Below the pieces are notes generated by a model. The model was not told the origin of the DNA. It saw only the letters and a program-made list of their open reading frames with translations, and did no database searches. Both the position numbers and the translations under genes were made by a program. Positions 34,354 to 42,798 of a stretch of 64,000 nt of DNA are shown here, piece after piece. Position 1 is the stretch's first letter. Every line of letters begins with the position of its first letter. Source of the stretch: an uncultured Verrucomicrobiae bacterium (GTDB lineage: Bacteria; Verrucomicrobiota; Verrucomicrobiia; Limisphaerales; JAFGQR01). Where the stretch lies: contig CAWBHS010000087.1 in the NCBI GenBank assembly GCA_963788655.1, positions 96,001-160,000 on the forward strand, given 5' to 3'.

Positions 34354-34959
34354 ATGGACCAGCTACCCAGCCCGCGACCGGCGCTGCAATCCGGCGATGC
34401 CTTGATTGTCGTCGATGTGCAAAATGATTTCCTGCCGGGCGGCAGTCTGGCCGCCCCGCACGGTGACGAAATCATCCCGGTGCTCAACCGTTACCTCGCC
34501 GCCTTTGCCGAACGGGGTAATGCAATCTTCGCCACGCGAGATTGGCATCCGCCCAATCATTGCTCGTTCCAAAGCCAGGACGGCCCGTGGCCGGTGCATT
34601 GCGTCAGAGACACTCCAGGAGCTGCATTTGCTCCCGGCCTGAAACTGCCCGAATCGACGGTTGTCATTTCCAAAGCCACCGCGCCGACCCAGGAAGCTTA
34701 CTCCGGTTTTGAAGCCACGGACCTGGAGCAACAATTGTTGAATCGCCAAGTCCGGCGCCTGTTCATCGGCGGTCTGGCCACCGACTATTGCGTGCTCAGC
34801 ACCACCATGGATGCCTTGTACTTGGGGTTTCCAGTATTTCTGTTGCGCGACGCCATCCGCGCCGTCAACGCGCATCCGGACGACGGTCCCAAAGCCGAGG
34901 CCGAAATGCTGGAACTCGGCGCTACGCCGGTTACATGGCAGGCCTTGGAAAAGGCGTGA
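34354..34959 (+). CDS. pncA: Nicotinamidase/pyrazinamidase
   Basis: ALIVVDVQNDFLPGGSLA, TRDWHPPNHCSF, WPVHCV, YSGF, GGLATDYCV. Confidence 0.93.
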   Translation: MDQLPSPRPALQSGDALIVVDVQNDFLPGGSLAAPHGDEIIPVLNRYLAAFAERGNAIFATRDWHPPNHCSFQSQDGPWPVHCVRDTPGAAFAPGLKLPESTVVISKATAPTQEAYSGFEATDLEQQLLNRQVRRLFIGGLATDYCVLSTTMDALYLGFPVFLLRDAIRAVNAHPDDGPKAEAEMLELGATPVTWQALEKA

Positions 34960-34978
34960 CCGGAAGCGGAACTCCCAA

Positions 34979-35095
34979 GTAGGCCAGGCGGCCCGCTGGT
35001 CCCGGGCCTCCAGATGGCGCTCATTCTTCTATCGAGCGTCAAAAAGCCAGTGGACGCCACTTGGATGTTCGGGACAGCCGAGACGGCTGTCCTAC
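34979..35095. repeat. Degenerate family A REPIN-like element
   Basis: GTAGGCCAGGCGGCCCGCTGGTCCCG...CGGGACAGCCGAGACGGCTGTCCTAC. Confidence 0.75.
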
Positions 35096-35205
35096 GAGCG
35101 CTCACGCCGAGGTTCCCGATCCATCAGAGTCTCAGTTGACATTGGGCTCAGACGACGAATACTTTCTCTTCCTATGGAAAATGATTTCCAGCTTCACAGA
35201 GGAAA

Positions 35206-35268
35206 AGCTAACCGCTTTCTGCCTAATTCTGTTATTCCACCCGTTGGTACGCCTAAACAGCGTTGGGG
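35206..35268 (+). other. Weak attC candidate
   Basis: AGCTAAC...GTTGGGG with poor internal pairing; ATG at 35277, 8 nt after the site. Confidence 0.35.
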
Positions 35269-35276
35269 CAAAATAA

Positions 35277-35858
35277 ATGAGCAAACAAAAACTTTTGACT
35301 ATCCCGCCGTGGTGGTCGCATTGCTTCTGATGGCATCGTTCTTGTCGCTTCTCCAGGCACAAAGAATTACAGGAAGCGTCATGAAGATGAAATTTGACCC
35401 GCCGCCCCGTTACAGTACCCGTTTTGTGCTCCACCCTGAACGGCAGATTGATGGCGTCGGCATGGGCTTCAGACTGGATGGGTTGTGACCTATACAGATC
35501 AGATAAAAAGACATGGCACCGCCTTTTTTGTCAGTGTTTTCGGTAAGATACTCGCCAGGGACGCCATCCGTCGTTCAAAGAATCTGAGTGACCTTCAGTC
35601 GAATTCGGACTCCTTTCGTAAATCGTTTCCACAAGCCGAGCAATGGCTAAAGGCAACAACCGTCGCGAAAATCCTTCGATACGGGACGCCGCATCACCGA
35701 AACTAATCCGATGGCTCGATGCATTGGCGATATGTATCAAACGCGTGGTGCCAGCACGAATGGCGATTGGATAACCAATGGATTCTCACTGTACATCTCA
35801 ATGGCATTCTCACCCGTAAGGCACACCCAGAACTGAAGGCTATTAAAATACGCAAATC
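35277..35858 (+). pseudogene. Decayed cassette ORF (membrane or secreted protein)
   Basis: MSKQKLLTI followed in another frame by PAVVVALLLMASFLSLL; several stops and frame changes downstream. Confidence 0.4.
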
Positions 35859-35970
35859 CCCCAACCAGGCATCGACCGAACAGCCCATCCGCTTGGCGCG
35901 ATATTACAATGAAACTTGAACATTTTGCGGTCGTGGCTGGCGCGGGCGGTCGGCGGTCTTGGCGTTAGCC
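35859..35970 (+). other. attC site (degenerate)
   Basis: CCCCAAC...CCGAACAGCCC / GGGCGGTCGG...GCGTTAGCC. Confidence 0.65.
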
Positions 35971-36271
35971 GACAGCGCGCACACTCACCAAGAAACATCG
36001 TGTTGGATAGCATGATATCTGGTATGGGGCAGCCAAGCCATCGCCTACGCGGTCTGGCGTCAGCCCACCAAGGCGTTCTCAGCAAGAGCACCACCATCTG
36101 GTGAAGAACGATGTGAGCAGCACGCGGACGAGCATCGGAACGCGAGCCGTCAGTGCTCCACACAGACGATGGCGGCATTCACCCGGCAGGCATTTGGTGA
36201 CTTGCGGTGCGTTATCCCCATGGCAGCACTCAAGCTACCTCGTTCGCTTTTGACGGCCCGATTGCACGGAA

Positions 36272-36357
36272 TCCGAACATGCGCTAACGAACCGGCGTGA
36301 GGACGGGATTGTTATCAGTCGCGTCCGACGCCGGTCGCTGAGCTTTGTCGGTTCGAT
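36272..36357 (+). other. attC site (degenerate)
   Basis: TCCGAAC...ACCGGCGT-GAGGACG / CGTCC-GACGCCGGTCGCTGAGCTT...GTTCGAT. Confidence 0.65.
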
Positions 36358-36571
36358 GAATGCGTAGGGGCGATTTCGCCGATACCCAAAGCGTGCGAGC
36401 GTTCCATGCGCAGAGCACCAGCGAGAGACGCGGCCGACATCCATGACCGAGACCATTCGCGCCGATTACAGCCAGGGCAGCTCATCAATCTCAACAATCC
36501 CGAGACTGTGAGACATGGCTCGGAATCGAGCAGCTCGACAGGCACAATAAGCAGTAGAAAAGTTCACGAAC

Positions 36572-36667
36572 GGCTAACAAGGTCACTGGACCGAACGCGG
36601 GCGGGCCACGTCAGTTTCAAATTCGGACGCCGCTGGCCGCCCGCGTCGGTCAGTTTTAGCGTTGGCC
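36572..36667 (+). other. attC site
   Basis: R'' GGCTAAC, R' GTTGGCC; ACTGGACCGAACGCGGGCGGGCCA pairs with TGGCCGCCCGCGTCGGTCAGT leaving bulged bases. Confidence 0.85.
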
Positions 36668-36670
36668 CGC

Positions 36671-37030
36671 ATGGCGCGTATGACCAATCCTCGTCACTCT
36701 GAGAACTGTGCGCGACTTGCCGTTGTGGTTCTGGGCCTGGGATTGTTATTGGTTGGTTGCCGAGCAGACCCCAGAGCACGCGCTGAAGAGTATCGCTCCT
36801 ACGTGAGTCCAGACCGGCGATTCAAAATGGTCATCTACAGGATACCGATGGATACGGCGATGCCGGGCCAGTCCAGCGATGCGCCGGGTTTTGTGTGTTT
36901 GTATGACCAGAGGACTGGACGGATGTTGCAGCAGAAGAACGTTGAGATGGTTCAGATGATTGACCAGTTCGAGTGGTCTTCCACGAACCTTCACATCAAG
37001 TTGTTCGCAGATTGGAGGCTACCCGAATGA
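36671..37030 (+). CDS. Intact cassette-borne putative lipoprotein
   Basis: ATG 3 nt after attC R'; LAVVVLGLGLLLVGC lipobox; stop 4 nt before the next R''. Confidence 0.8.
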   Translation: MARMTNPRHSENCARLAVVVLGLGLLLVGCRADPRARAEEYRSYVSPDRRFKMVIYRIPMDTAMPGQSSDAPGFVCLYDQRTGRMLQQKNVEMVQMIDQFEWSSTNLHIKLFADWRLPE

Positions 37031-37034
37031 CAGG

Positions 37035-37160
37035 GGCCAACAAGTCGGTGGTGACGAAGCGCCGCCCCGCTTCTCCGCTCAACGCTAGGCGGCAATTCGG
37101 AAGTGCCTCGTGCGCTTCACCGTTCCTGTCGGCGGCGGTCGCGCACCTCTGGCGTTCACC
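37035..37160 (+). other. attC site
   Basis: GGCCAACAAGTCGGTG...CGCCGCC / GGCGGCG...CACCTCTGGCGTTCACC. Confidence 0.75.
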
Positions 37161-37164
37161 AGCA

Positions 37165-37248
37165 ATGAAGACGCTCACCCTCATTGTCGCGGCGGTCACT
37201 CTGGCGGTCGTTTCATCGCCGCGCTTTGCTCCCACACACCGGCATTGA
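37165..37248 (+). pseudogene. Truncated terminal cassette (signal peptide only)
   Basis: MKTLTLIVAAVTLAVVSS starts 4 nt after R' and stops after 27 codons. Confidence 0.55.
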
Positions 37249-37272
37249 CGGACTTCGCCAAGATGGTAGGCT
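37245..37272 (+). promoter_or_regulatory. Putative sigma70 promoter of gcvT
   Basis: TTGACG-N16-TAGGCT with extended -10 TG, 18 nt before the ATG. Confidence 0.5.
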
Positions 37273-37290
37273 CCGGGGCAAGTCCTAAGC

Positions 37291-38436
37291 ATGATACTGA
37301 ATCGCACACCGCTATTTGATGTTCACCGGCGCCTGGGTGCCCGCTTGGTCGAGTTCGGCGGCTGGGAAATGCCGGTGCATTACACCAGCATTGTCGAAGA
37401 ACACCAGGCCGTCCGTCAGGGTGCCGGCCTGTTCGACATTTCCCACATGGGAGAAATCCAAGTGGTGGGCAGTGGGGCGGAGAAATTCCTCAATCACGTC
37501 CTCACCAATAACGTCGCCAAACTGCGCGTGGGCCTGGGCCAATACACGTTGATGTGCAACGAGCAAGGCGGCGTCGTGGACGACCTTTACGTTTTCCGGG
37601 TGGACGACGAGGAGTATTTGCTGATCGTGAACGCCAGCCGCAAGGAAGCCGATTGGGATTGGCTTCAGGGACAATTCGACACGACGACCATCAGCGAAGT
37701 CATCCGGATCAAGGACGTTTCCCCGGCCTTTGGCGCGGTTGCGGTGCAAGGTCCGCGCGTGGCTGAGTTCATTAATCAGGCGATTTCGGACGGTTCCCTG
37801 CGGGGGGCGGTCGCCCATCAAATCAGCGACCTGAGGAAAAATCAGATCGCCATTTTTCTGTTCAGCGGCGTTTCGCTGTTCGTTTCGCGCACCGGCTACA
37901 CCGGCGAGGACGGATTTGAAATTGTCGCCCCGCACGAATGTGTGGAGGCGGTGTGGGACAAATTATTACTGGTCGGCCGCAGCGCCGGTTTGCGTCCGGT
38001 GGGTCTCGGCGCCCGGGATACCTTGCGCACGGAAATGGGCTACCCGTTGTATGGCCAGGATTTGGACGAAAAGACCACTCCGCTTGAAGCCGGGCTGGGC
38101 TATTTCGTCGATCTGAATAAAGCAGAGTTTATCGGTAAATCGGTTCTGGTGTCGCAAAAGACCGGGCCTCTTCCCAAACGCGCGATTGCTTTCAAAATGA
38201 CCTCCAAATCGGCCCCGCCCCGTCCGCACTACCCGATCTGGAGCGCCGGAAATGGCAGCCTCAAAATCGGAGAAGTGACCAGTGGTACCCAGAGTCCTTC
38301 GTTGGGCGCGGGGATCGGAATGGGGTTTGTGCCGCCGCAACACGCCCAACGGGGAACCCTCATCGAAATCGAAATCCGCGGCCAACGGGCACCGGCGGTC
38401 GTGGTGAAGAAGCCGTTTTACGCGAAAACGCCCTGA
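37291..38436 (+). CDS. gcvT: Glycine cleavage aminomethyltransferase T
   Basis: RTPLFDVH, EFGGWEMPVHY, GLFDISHMG, SRTGYTGEDGFEI, GLGARDTLRTEMG, GEVTSG. Confidence 0.96.
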   Translation: MILNRTPLFDVHRRLGARLVEFGGWEMPVHYTSIVEEHQAVRQGAGLFDISHMGEIQVVGSGAEKFLNHVLTNNVAKLRVGLGQYTLMCNEQGGVVDDLYVFRVDDEEYLLIVNASRKEADWDWLQGQFDTTTISEVIRIKDVSPAFGAVAVQGPRVAEFINQAISDGSLRGAVAHQISDLRKNQIAIFLFSGVSLFVSRTGYTGEDGFEIVAPHECVEAVWDKLLLVGRSAGLRPVGLGARDTLRTEMGYPLYGQDLDEKTTPLEAGLGYFVDLNKAEFIGKSVLVSQKTGPLPKRAIAFKMTSKSAPPRPHYPIWSAGNGSLKIGEVTSGTQSPSLGAGIGMGFVPPQHAQRGTLIEIEIRGQRAPAVVVKKPFYAKTP

Positions 38437-38548
38437 GTTCTGCGCCGCCAGAACCGTGAAAATGAACCGCACCGCACCCGAAACTCGTCTGCATTTTTGC
38501 TTTCCCCAGGGGGGCGAACCGTGTCAAATCTCCGCAGACATTTGAACT

Positions 38549-38935
38549 ATGAGTTCCATTATTCCCGCCGACCTAAAGTACGCTAAAAGTCACGAATGGA
38601 TGCGTGTCGCCAACGACATTGCCACCATTGGCATTACGGACCACGCCCAACATGAGCTGACCGATATTGTGTTTGTCGAGTTGCCCGCCGTAGGCCGGCA
38701 ATTGAAAGCCGGCGAAGCGTGCGCGGTCGTGGAATCGGTCAAAACAGCCAGCGACATCTATTCGCCGCTGACGGGAGAGGTGGTGGCCGTGAATCCGAAA
38801 CTTGCCGACCAACCGGGGCTGGTGAACGAACAACCGTTTGAAGCCGGCTGGTTATTCCAAATGAAAGTGGCTCAACCCGACGAGTTCTCCGCCCTGCTCT
38901 CACCCGAAGATTACGCCGCCCAAATCGGCGGGTAA
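38549..38935 (+). CDS. gcvH: Glycine cleavage H protein
   Basis: LKYAKSHEW, GITDHAQ, VESVKTASDIYSP (lipoyl Lys), GWL. Confidence 0.97.
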   Translation: MSSIIPADLKYAKSHEWMRVANDIATIGITDHAQHELTDIVFVELPAVGRQLKAGEACAVVESVKTASDIYSPLTGEVVAVNPKLADQPGLVNEQPFEAGWLFQMKVAQPDEFSALLSPEDYAAQIGG

Positions 38936-39034
38936 CGCCCCAATCAATTTCGGCTGACTTCCTCCTGCGGAGATGCGCTGTCGTCTGAGCCGTAGGGGGT
39001 GACTTGGCAGGTCGCCGCGAACTCACTTCCTCAG

Positions 39035-40456
39035 TCATTTGCTTGAGGCTTTGAAGGCTTCCAATATCAGCACCCAATCCCGGTCATCTCCGGCCGGCCC
39101 TGGTGGATTGAATCGGTGTGCCCCCTGAGCCGAGTAGGTTCCCGCTGGCCGGTATTCGCCGGTGCGCGGATCAAACCAACGCGCGCCAATGCGGTCCCCC
39201 TTGAGCTTTCCCAAATCGAGGCTGAACCAAGTCCCGCGCGGCGTATAAATCCAGGCATAGCTTCCCTCCGTCGCCCCCGTGGCCGCGATGCGGGTTCGAA
39301 TGGCCTCCGACTGGTGAGCCGCCCCGGCACTGGCCACGATGATAGGCAAGTCCGGCACCCGGTTCGTGAGGGATTGGGTTTCCAGCAGCGTGCGCACGTG
39401 ACGCATCTGAGTGCGGCCCGGAGCTTCCAGATACACCCGCCATTTCCAGCCCCATTGAGTCTCCGAATCAAGTGCCCAGATGAACGTGTGCCCGTACGTG
39501 AAACCGCAGGCACCCGCGAACAACGATTGATACGCCTGCAACCGCATCTCCCACGCGTTCACCGGCGGCTCCTTCCAGTTCACTTGCTCGTACCACGGTT
39601 CCAGGTTGACCACCGGTTTGGCCGGCTGTTTATGGTAGTCGCCGGCAATGGTTCGATGGAGCGCGGTGACCGGTTTCAAACCAATCTGCACTCCATTGAA
39701 ATCCAGCCACGGCGCCCGTTGGAACCATTTTGATGACGTATTTCCGCCGCGCGGATGATACGTCATCAACGTCGTCGAGTAGTCGGCGGTACCGTCGAAT
39801 TGATTTACGCCATTGACGCCGTCCGCGACACCTTCCGCCAGCGCGTGCCAACCGGCCATGCCCATGTCGCTCACGCGGCGTTCATCGTCGGGATTCACAT
39901 CGATGCCGTTGCTCCAAATCAAATTGGGTTTGTCCCGCAACGCGAAGCCCAGCGCGCGCCCGTAGGTGTACGCTTGCTCCGGGGTTTCCACGAACAGCAT
40001 CTTTTCATCGGTTCGCCCCGGACCGCCGAACACCAGCAGCGCATACATATCCCGTCGGGCAATCTCATCGATCACCCAGGCCAAGTGGTCCAAGTATCGT
40101 GGATTCCAATGGGTCGGATCGTCGCGCAGATAGGGGCGGTCCTCGGCAAAGTTTTTGCCCCATTTCAAAGCCCAGCCGTTGGCCGCCATTAACTGCACCA
40201 CGGTAAAACCTTTGGCCTGTGCGTCGTCCAAGTATTTCAAAACATCGGGCCGACTCAAGTTTTGGTGCAAGGCCCACGCGGTGCAACCCACCCACACGAA
40301 CGCCGTCCCGTCCGCGTACACGAGACAATGCCCGTCGGCCGACACTCGGAGCGGACCGTGCGTCTTCCACGGCGGGTCCGCCGAGGTCCGCAGGCAGGCG
40401 GGACCAAAACCCAGCCCCAGCGCCAACAGGAAACCGATGGATGGCAACACGCGCAT
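39035..40456 (-). CDS. DUF4038 (GH140-like) secreted protein with putative collagen-binding domain
   Basis: GPLRVSADGHCLVYADGTAFVWVGCTAW, YLDDAQAKGFTVVQ, LMTYHPRG, KPVVNLEPWYE, GACGFTYGH, WFDPRTG, DWVLILE. Confidence 0.88.
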   Translation of the reverse strand: MRVLPSIGFLLALGLGFGPACLRTSADPPWKTHGPLRVSADGHCLVYADGTAFVWVGCTAWALHQNLSRPDVLKYLDDAQAKGFTVVQLMAANGWALKWGKNFAEDRPYLRDDPTHWNPRYLDHLAWVIDEIARRDMYALLVFGGPGRTDEKMLFVETPEQAYTYGRALGFALRDKPNLIWSNGIDVNPDDERRVSDMGMAGWHALAEGVADGVNGVNQFDGTADYSTTLMTYHPRGGNTSSKWFQRAPWLDFNGVQIGLKPVTALHRTIAGDYHKQPAKPVVNLEPWYEQVNWKEPPVNAWEMRLQAYQSLFAGACGFTYGHTFIWALDSETQWGWKWRVYLEAPGRTQMRHVRTLLETQSLTNRVPDLPIIVASAGAAHQSEAIRTRIAATGATEGSYAWIYTPRGTWFSLDLGKLKGDRIGARWFDPRTGEYRPAGTYSAQGAHRFNPPGPAGDDRDWVLILEAFKASSK

Positions 40457-40791
40457 GATTGTTTTCACGAAGCAAACCGGAAAGGGAGGCACGATGCAAC
40501 GGATTACCCGCAGATTGGAAGGTTGGAGCGGCTGGACTCAAATGGGTAACCAAGGATTACCGTTTTCAAACTTGGGATTGCCCAGCGAAACATCAAAGGG
40601 TTGTCACGGACTTCAAACCCACTGGTCTGAACGTGAACGTTCTTGTCCGCCTGCGCACTCAGGATTTACCGAACGCGGACAAGAAGGCGCGATGCTCCCG
40701 GGCAGTTCGAACGATGGTTGGCGAGGCGCCAACCACGGCGCCCGGGGCGGGCGGGCTCCCCAAGGAGCGTCGGTCGCCTTGAAACCGGCGG

Positions 40792-42798
40792 TTATTTCTC
40801 TTTGAGTTCGATCTCGCCGTTCCAGGAAGCGGGAAGGCTGTTCGGATCCAACTCAGCCAACCGGGCCAAATAGAACGTGGCCGGGCCATCGTTCGCGTGC
40901 AGTTCGAGGGTATGGCGAAACTCGCTCTCGGCGGCCTGCCATGTTCTCGCTCGAAAATGTTGCAACGCCGTGACGAAGGTTTCGCGCCAGGGGCGGGTGG
41001 TTTCTGCGTCGTCTGGCCCGCCGATTAACTCGTGAACCGCCACGGGTTTCTCGAAGCCCTTGAGTCGAAACTGGCCCAGTTCGCGGGTGATCAGTCCATC
41101 GCCGGCGTTCTTTTGGGTGGTGCCGGAGATCAGCGTTTCCGTGCCCAGATACTTGTTCAATCCTTCCAAGCGCGAGGCCAGGTTGACGTTTTCGCCGAGG
41201 GCGGTGTAATCGACGCGGTCAACGCTGCCGAAGTTGCCCACGTTGGCCACGCCGGTGTGCAGGCCAATGCGCGTGCGCAGAATCTGGTTCTTGAGCTGGT
41301 GCTGGCTGTGTTGACGAAAGAGGAGCGCTGCCTGACAGGCGCGCAACGCGTGGTCGGTCTGCGGTTCGGGCGCGTTCCAGAAAGCGAAGATCGCGTCGCC
41401 AATGTATTTCACCACGGTGCCGTCGGTCTTGTGAATGCACTCCGCCACGGCGGTCTGGAAATACTGGTTCATCAGCTTGGCCAGTTCATCCGAGTTCACG
41501 CCTTCGGAGAGCGAGGTGAAATTGGCAATGTCACTGAAGAAGAGCGTGACCAGATGTTTCTCGGCGCCGACCTTCAACAGGTCGGGTTCACCGGAAAAGC
41601 GTTTGACCAGTTTGGGCGACAGGTAGAGTCCGAGGGTGTGTTCAAAGACGCGCTTCTGGACATACAACTGGACCGAGTTGTAGAGCACCGACCAGCAGAG
41701 GGCGAGGAAGATCTGTTCCCACACGATCAGCCAGGGAAACCAGATCCGCGACTTTTGATAGAGCAGAAAGAAGAACACCGTCGTGGCCAGCCAACCGCCC
41801 AGGGCCAGGGCTCCGGCGAGGACAGGCCGGAACCGCACCAAGCCCGCCCCCAGCAACGCCCCGAGCACGATCATCAGCACCCGCTCCGTGGCAAAAGGCA
41901 GACGCGTAAGCCAATCGCCGCGCAACAGATTCAGGAATGCCGTCGCTTGAATTTCCACCCCCGAGATGAACGGCGAACCGCGATTCGCCGCGGTGCTCTG
42001 CAAAATCCAATAGGAAAACGGATTGCGGTATTCGTCTTTGCGGTCCCCCGCGAACTTGGTCATAATCCGGGCGCCCACGAAAACCGTTTTATCCCGGAAA
42101 AATTCATCGCCGACGCGCGCCTTGTCCAGCGCATCGACATAACTGACCCACGGCACGGAATTGGGTGGGCCGTAGTAATTGATCCACCGGTGAACATAGC
42201 GCTGATCGTCATCCTGGGTGACGGCGAGGCCCAGAAATTCCGCGGCGGCCCAGCTCAAGCTGGGTAGTTGGTTTTCGGGCGTGTGTTCCCGGACAATCAG
42301 GTCATTGCTCGGAACGACTTCCACCGACCCGACGCCGGCCGCGCTGTCGAGCAACAGATCGAACGGTGGGATCATTTTCTCTACCGTCGGGCTGACCGGA
42401 TAATTGTCCGCGCCCAGGATCACTCGGTTGCTGGCTTTCATGGCGCGGGCCAGGAGTTGGTCGGTCGCCGGACGGTCGGTCAGCGGATCGCTGAAAACAA
42501 CGTCAAAGACGATGGCCTTGGCGCCTGCGGCGGTAAGGCGGTCAATGAGACGGGCATGCAAGGCACGATCCCAGGCGGCATTAAAGGGTTGGCCCAGTTC
42601 GCGGTGCGATTTCTCGTCCAGGTAAACCAGCACCGCCCCGTGGGTCGCCACGTCGCCGCGGAACACTGGCAGTAGATCGTAGCTCAATTGGGTGAGACCG
42701 CGGCCGAGAGAAAACTCGTGCAAAAAGTAGCCCAACCCGGCGGTGATAACCGCCCCAACCAGCATTGCTGCCCAGCTCTTTTTGAATTGGCTGCTCAA
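40792..42798 (-). CDS. CHASE2-domain class III adenylate cyclase; TTG start overlaps upstream stop
   Basis: WDRALHARLIDRL..GAKAIVFDVVF, GVEIQA, three TMs, LFFSDIANFT, KYIGDAIFAFW, RIGLHTG, YTALGENVNLASRLEG. Confidence 0.93.
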   Translation of the reverse strand: MSSQFKKSWAAMLVGAVITAGLGYFLHEFSLGRGLTQLSYDLLPVFRGDVATHGAVLVYLDEKSHRELGQPFNAAWDRALHARLIDRLTAAGAKAIVFDVVFSDPLTDRPATDQLLARAMKASNRVILGADNYPVSPTVEKMIPPFDLLLDSAAGVGSVEVVPSNDLIVREHTPENQLPSLSWAAAEFLGLAVTQDDDQRYVHRWINYYGPPNSVPWVSYVDALDKARVGDEFFRDKTVFVGARIMTKFAGDRKDEYRNPFSYWILQSTAANRGSPFISGVEIQATAFLNLLRGDWLTRLPFATERVLMIVLGALLGAGLVRFRPVLAGALALGGWLATTVFFFLLYQKSRIWFPWLIVWEQIFLALCWSVLYNSVQLYVQKRVFEHTLGLYLSPKLVKRFSGEPDLLKVGAEKHLVTLFFSDIANFTSLSEGVNSDELAKLMNQYFQTAVAECIHKTDGTVVKYIGDAIFAFWNAPEPQTDHALRACQAALLFRQHSQHQLKNQILRTRIGLHTGVANVGNFGSVDRVDYTALGENVNLASRLEGLNKYLGTETLISGTTQKNAGDGLITRELGQFRLKGFEKPVAVHELIGGPDDAETTRPWRETFVTALQHFRARTWQAAESEFRHTLELHANDGPATFYLARLAELDPNSLPASWNGEIELKEK

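Larger units (their letters stand above)
35206..37248 (+). mobile_element. Integron cassette array without integrase in this window (CALIN)
   Basis: Four co-oriented attC-like hairpins plus one weak candidate, separated by short ORFs or decayed ORFs; visibly lower GC than flanks. Confidence 0.78.

Noticed and set aside
37030..37290. Glycine riboswitch upstream of gcvT
   Set aside because: No aptamer consensus recognised; the hairpin fits an attC site and a promoter lies close to the ATG
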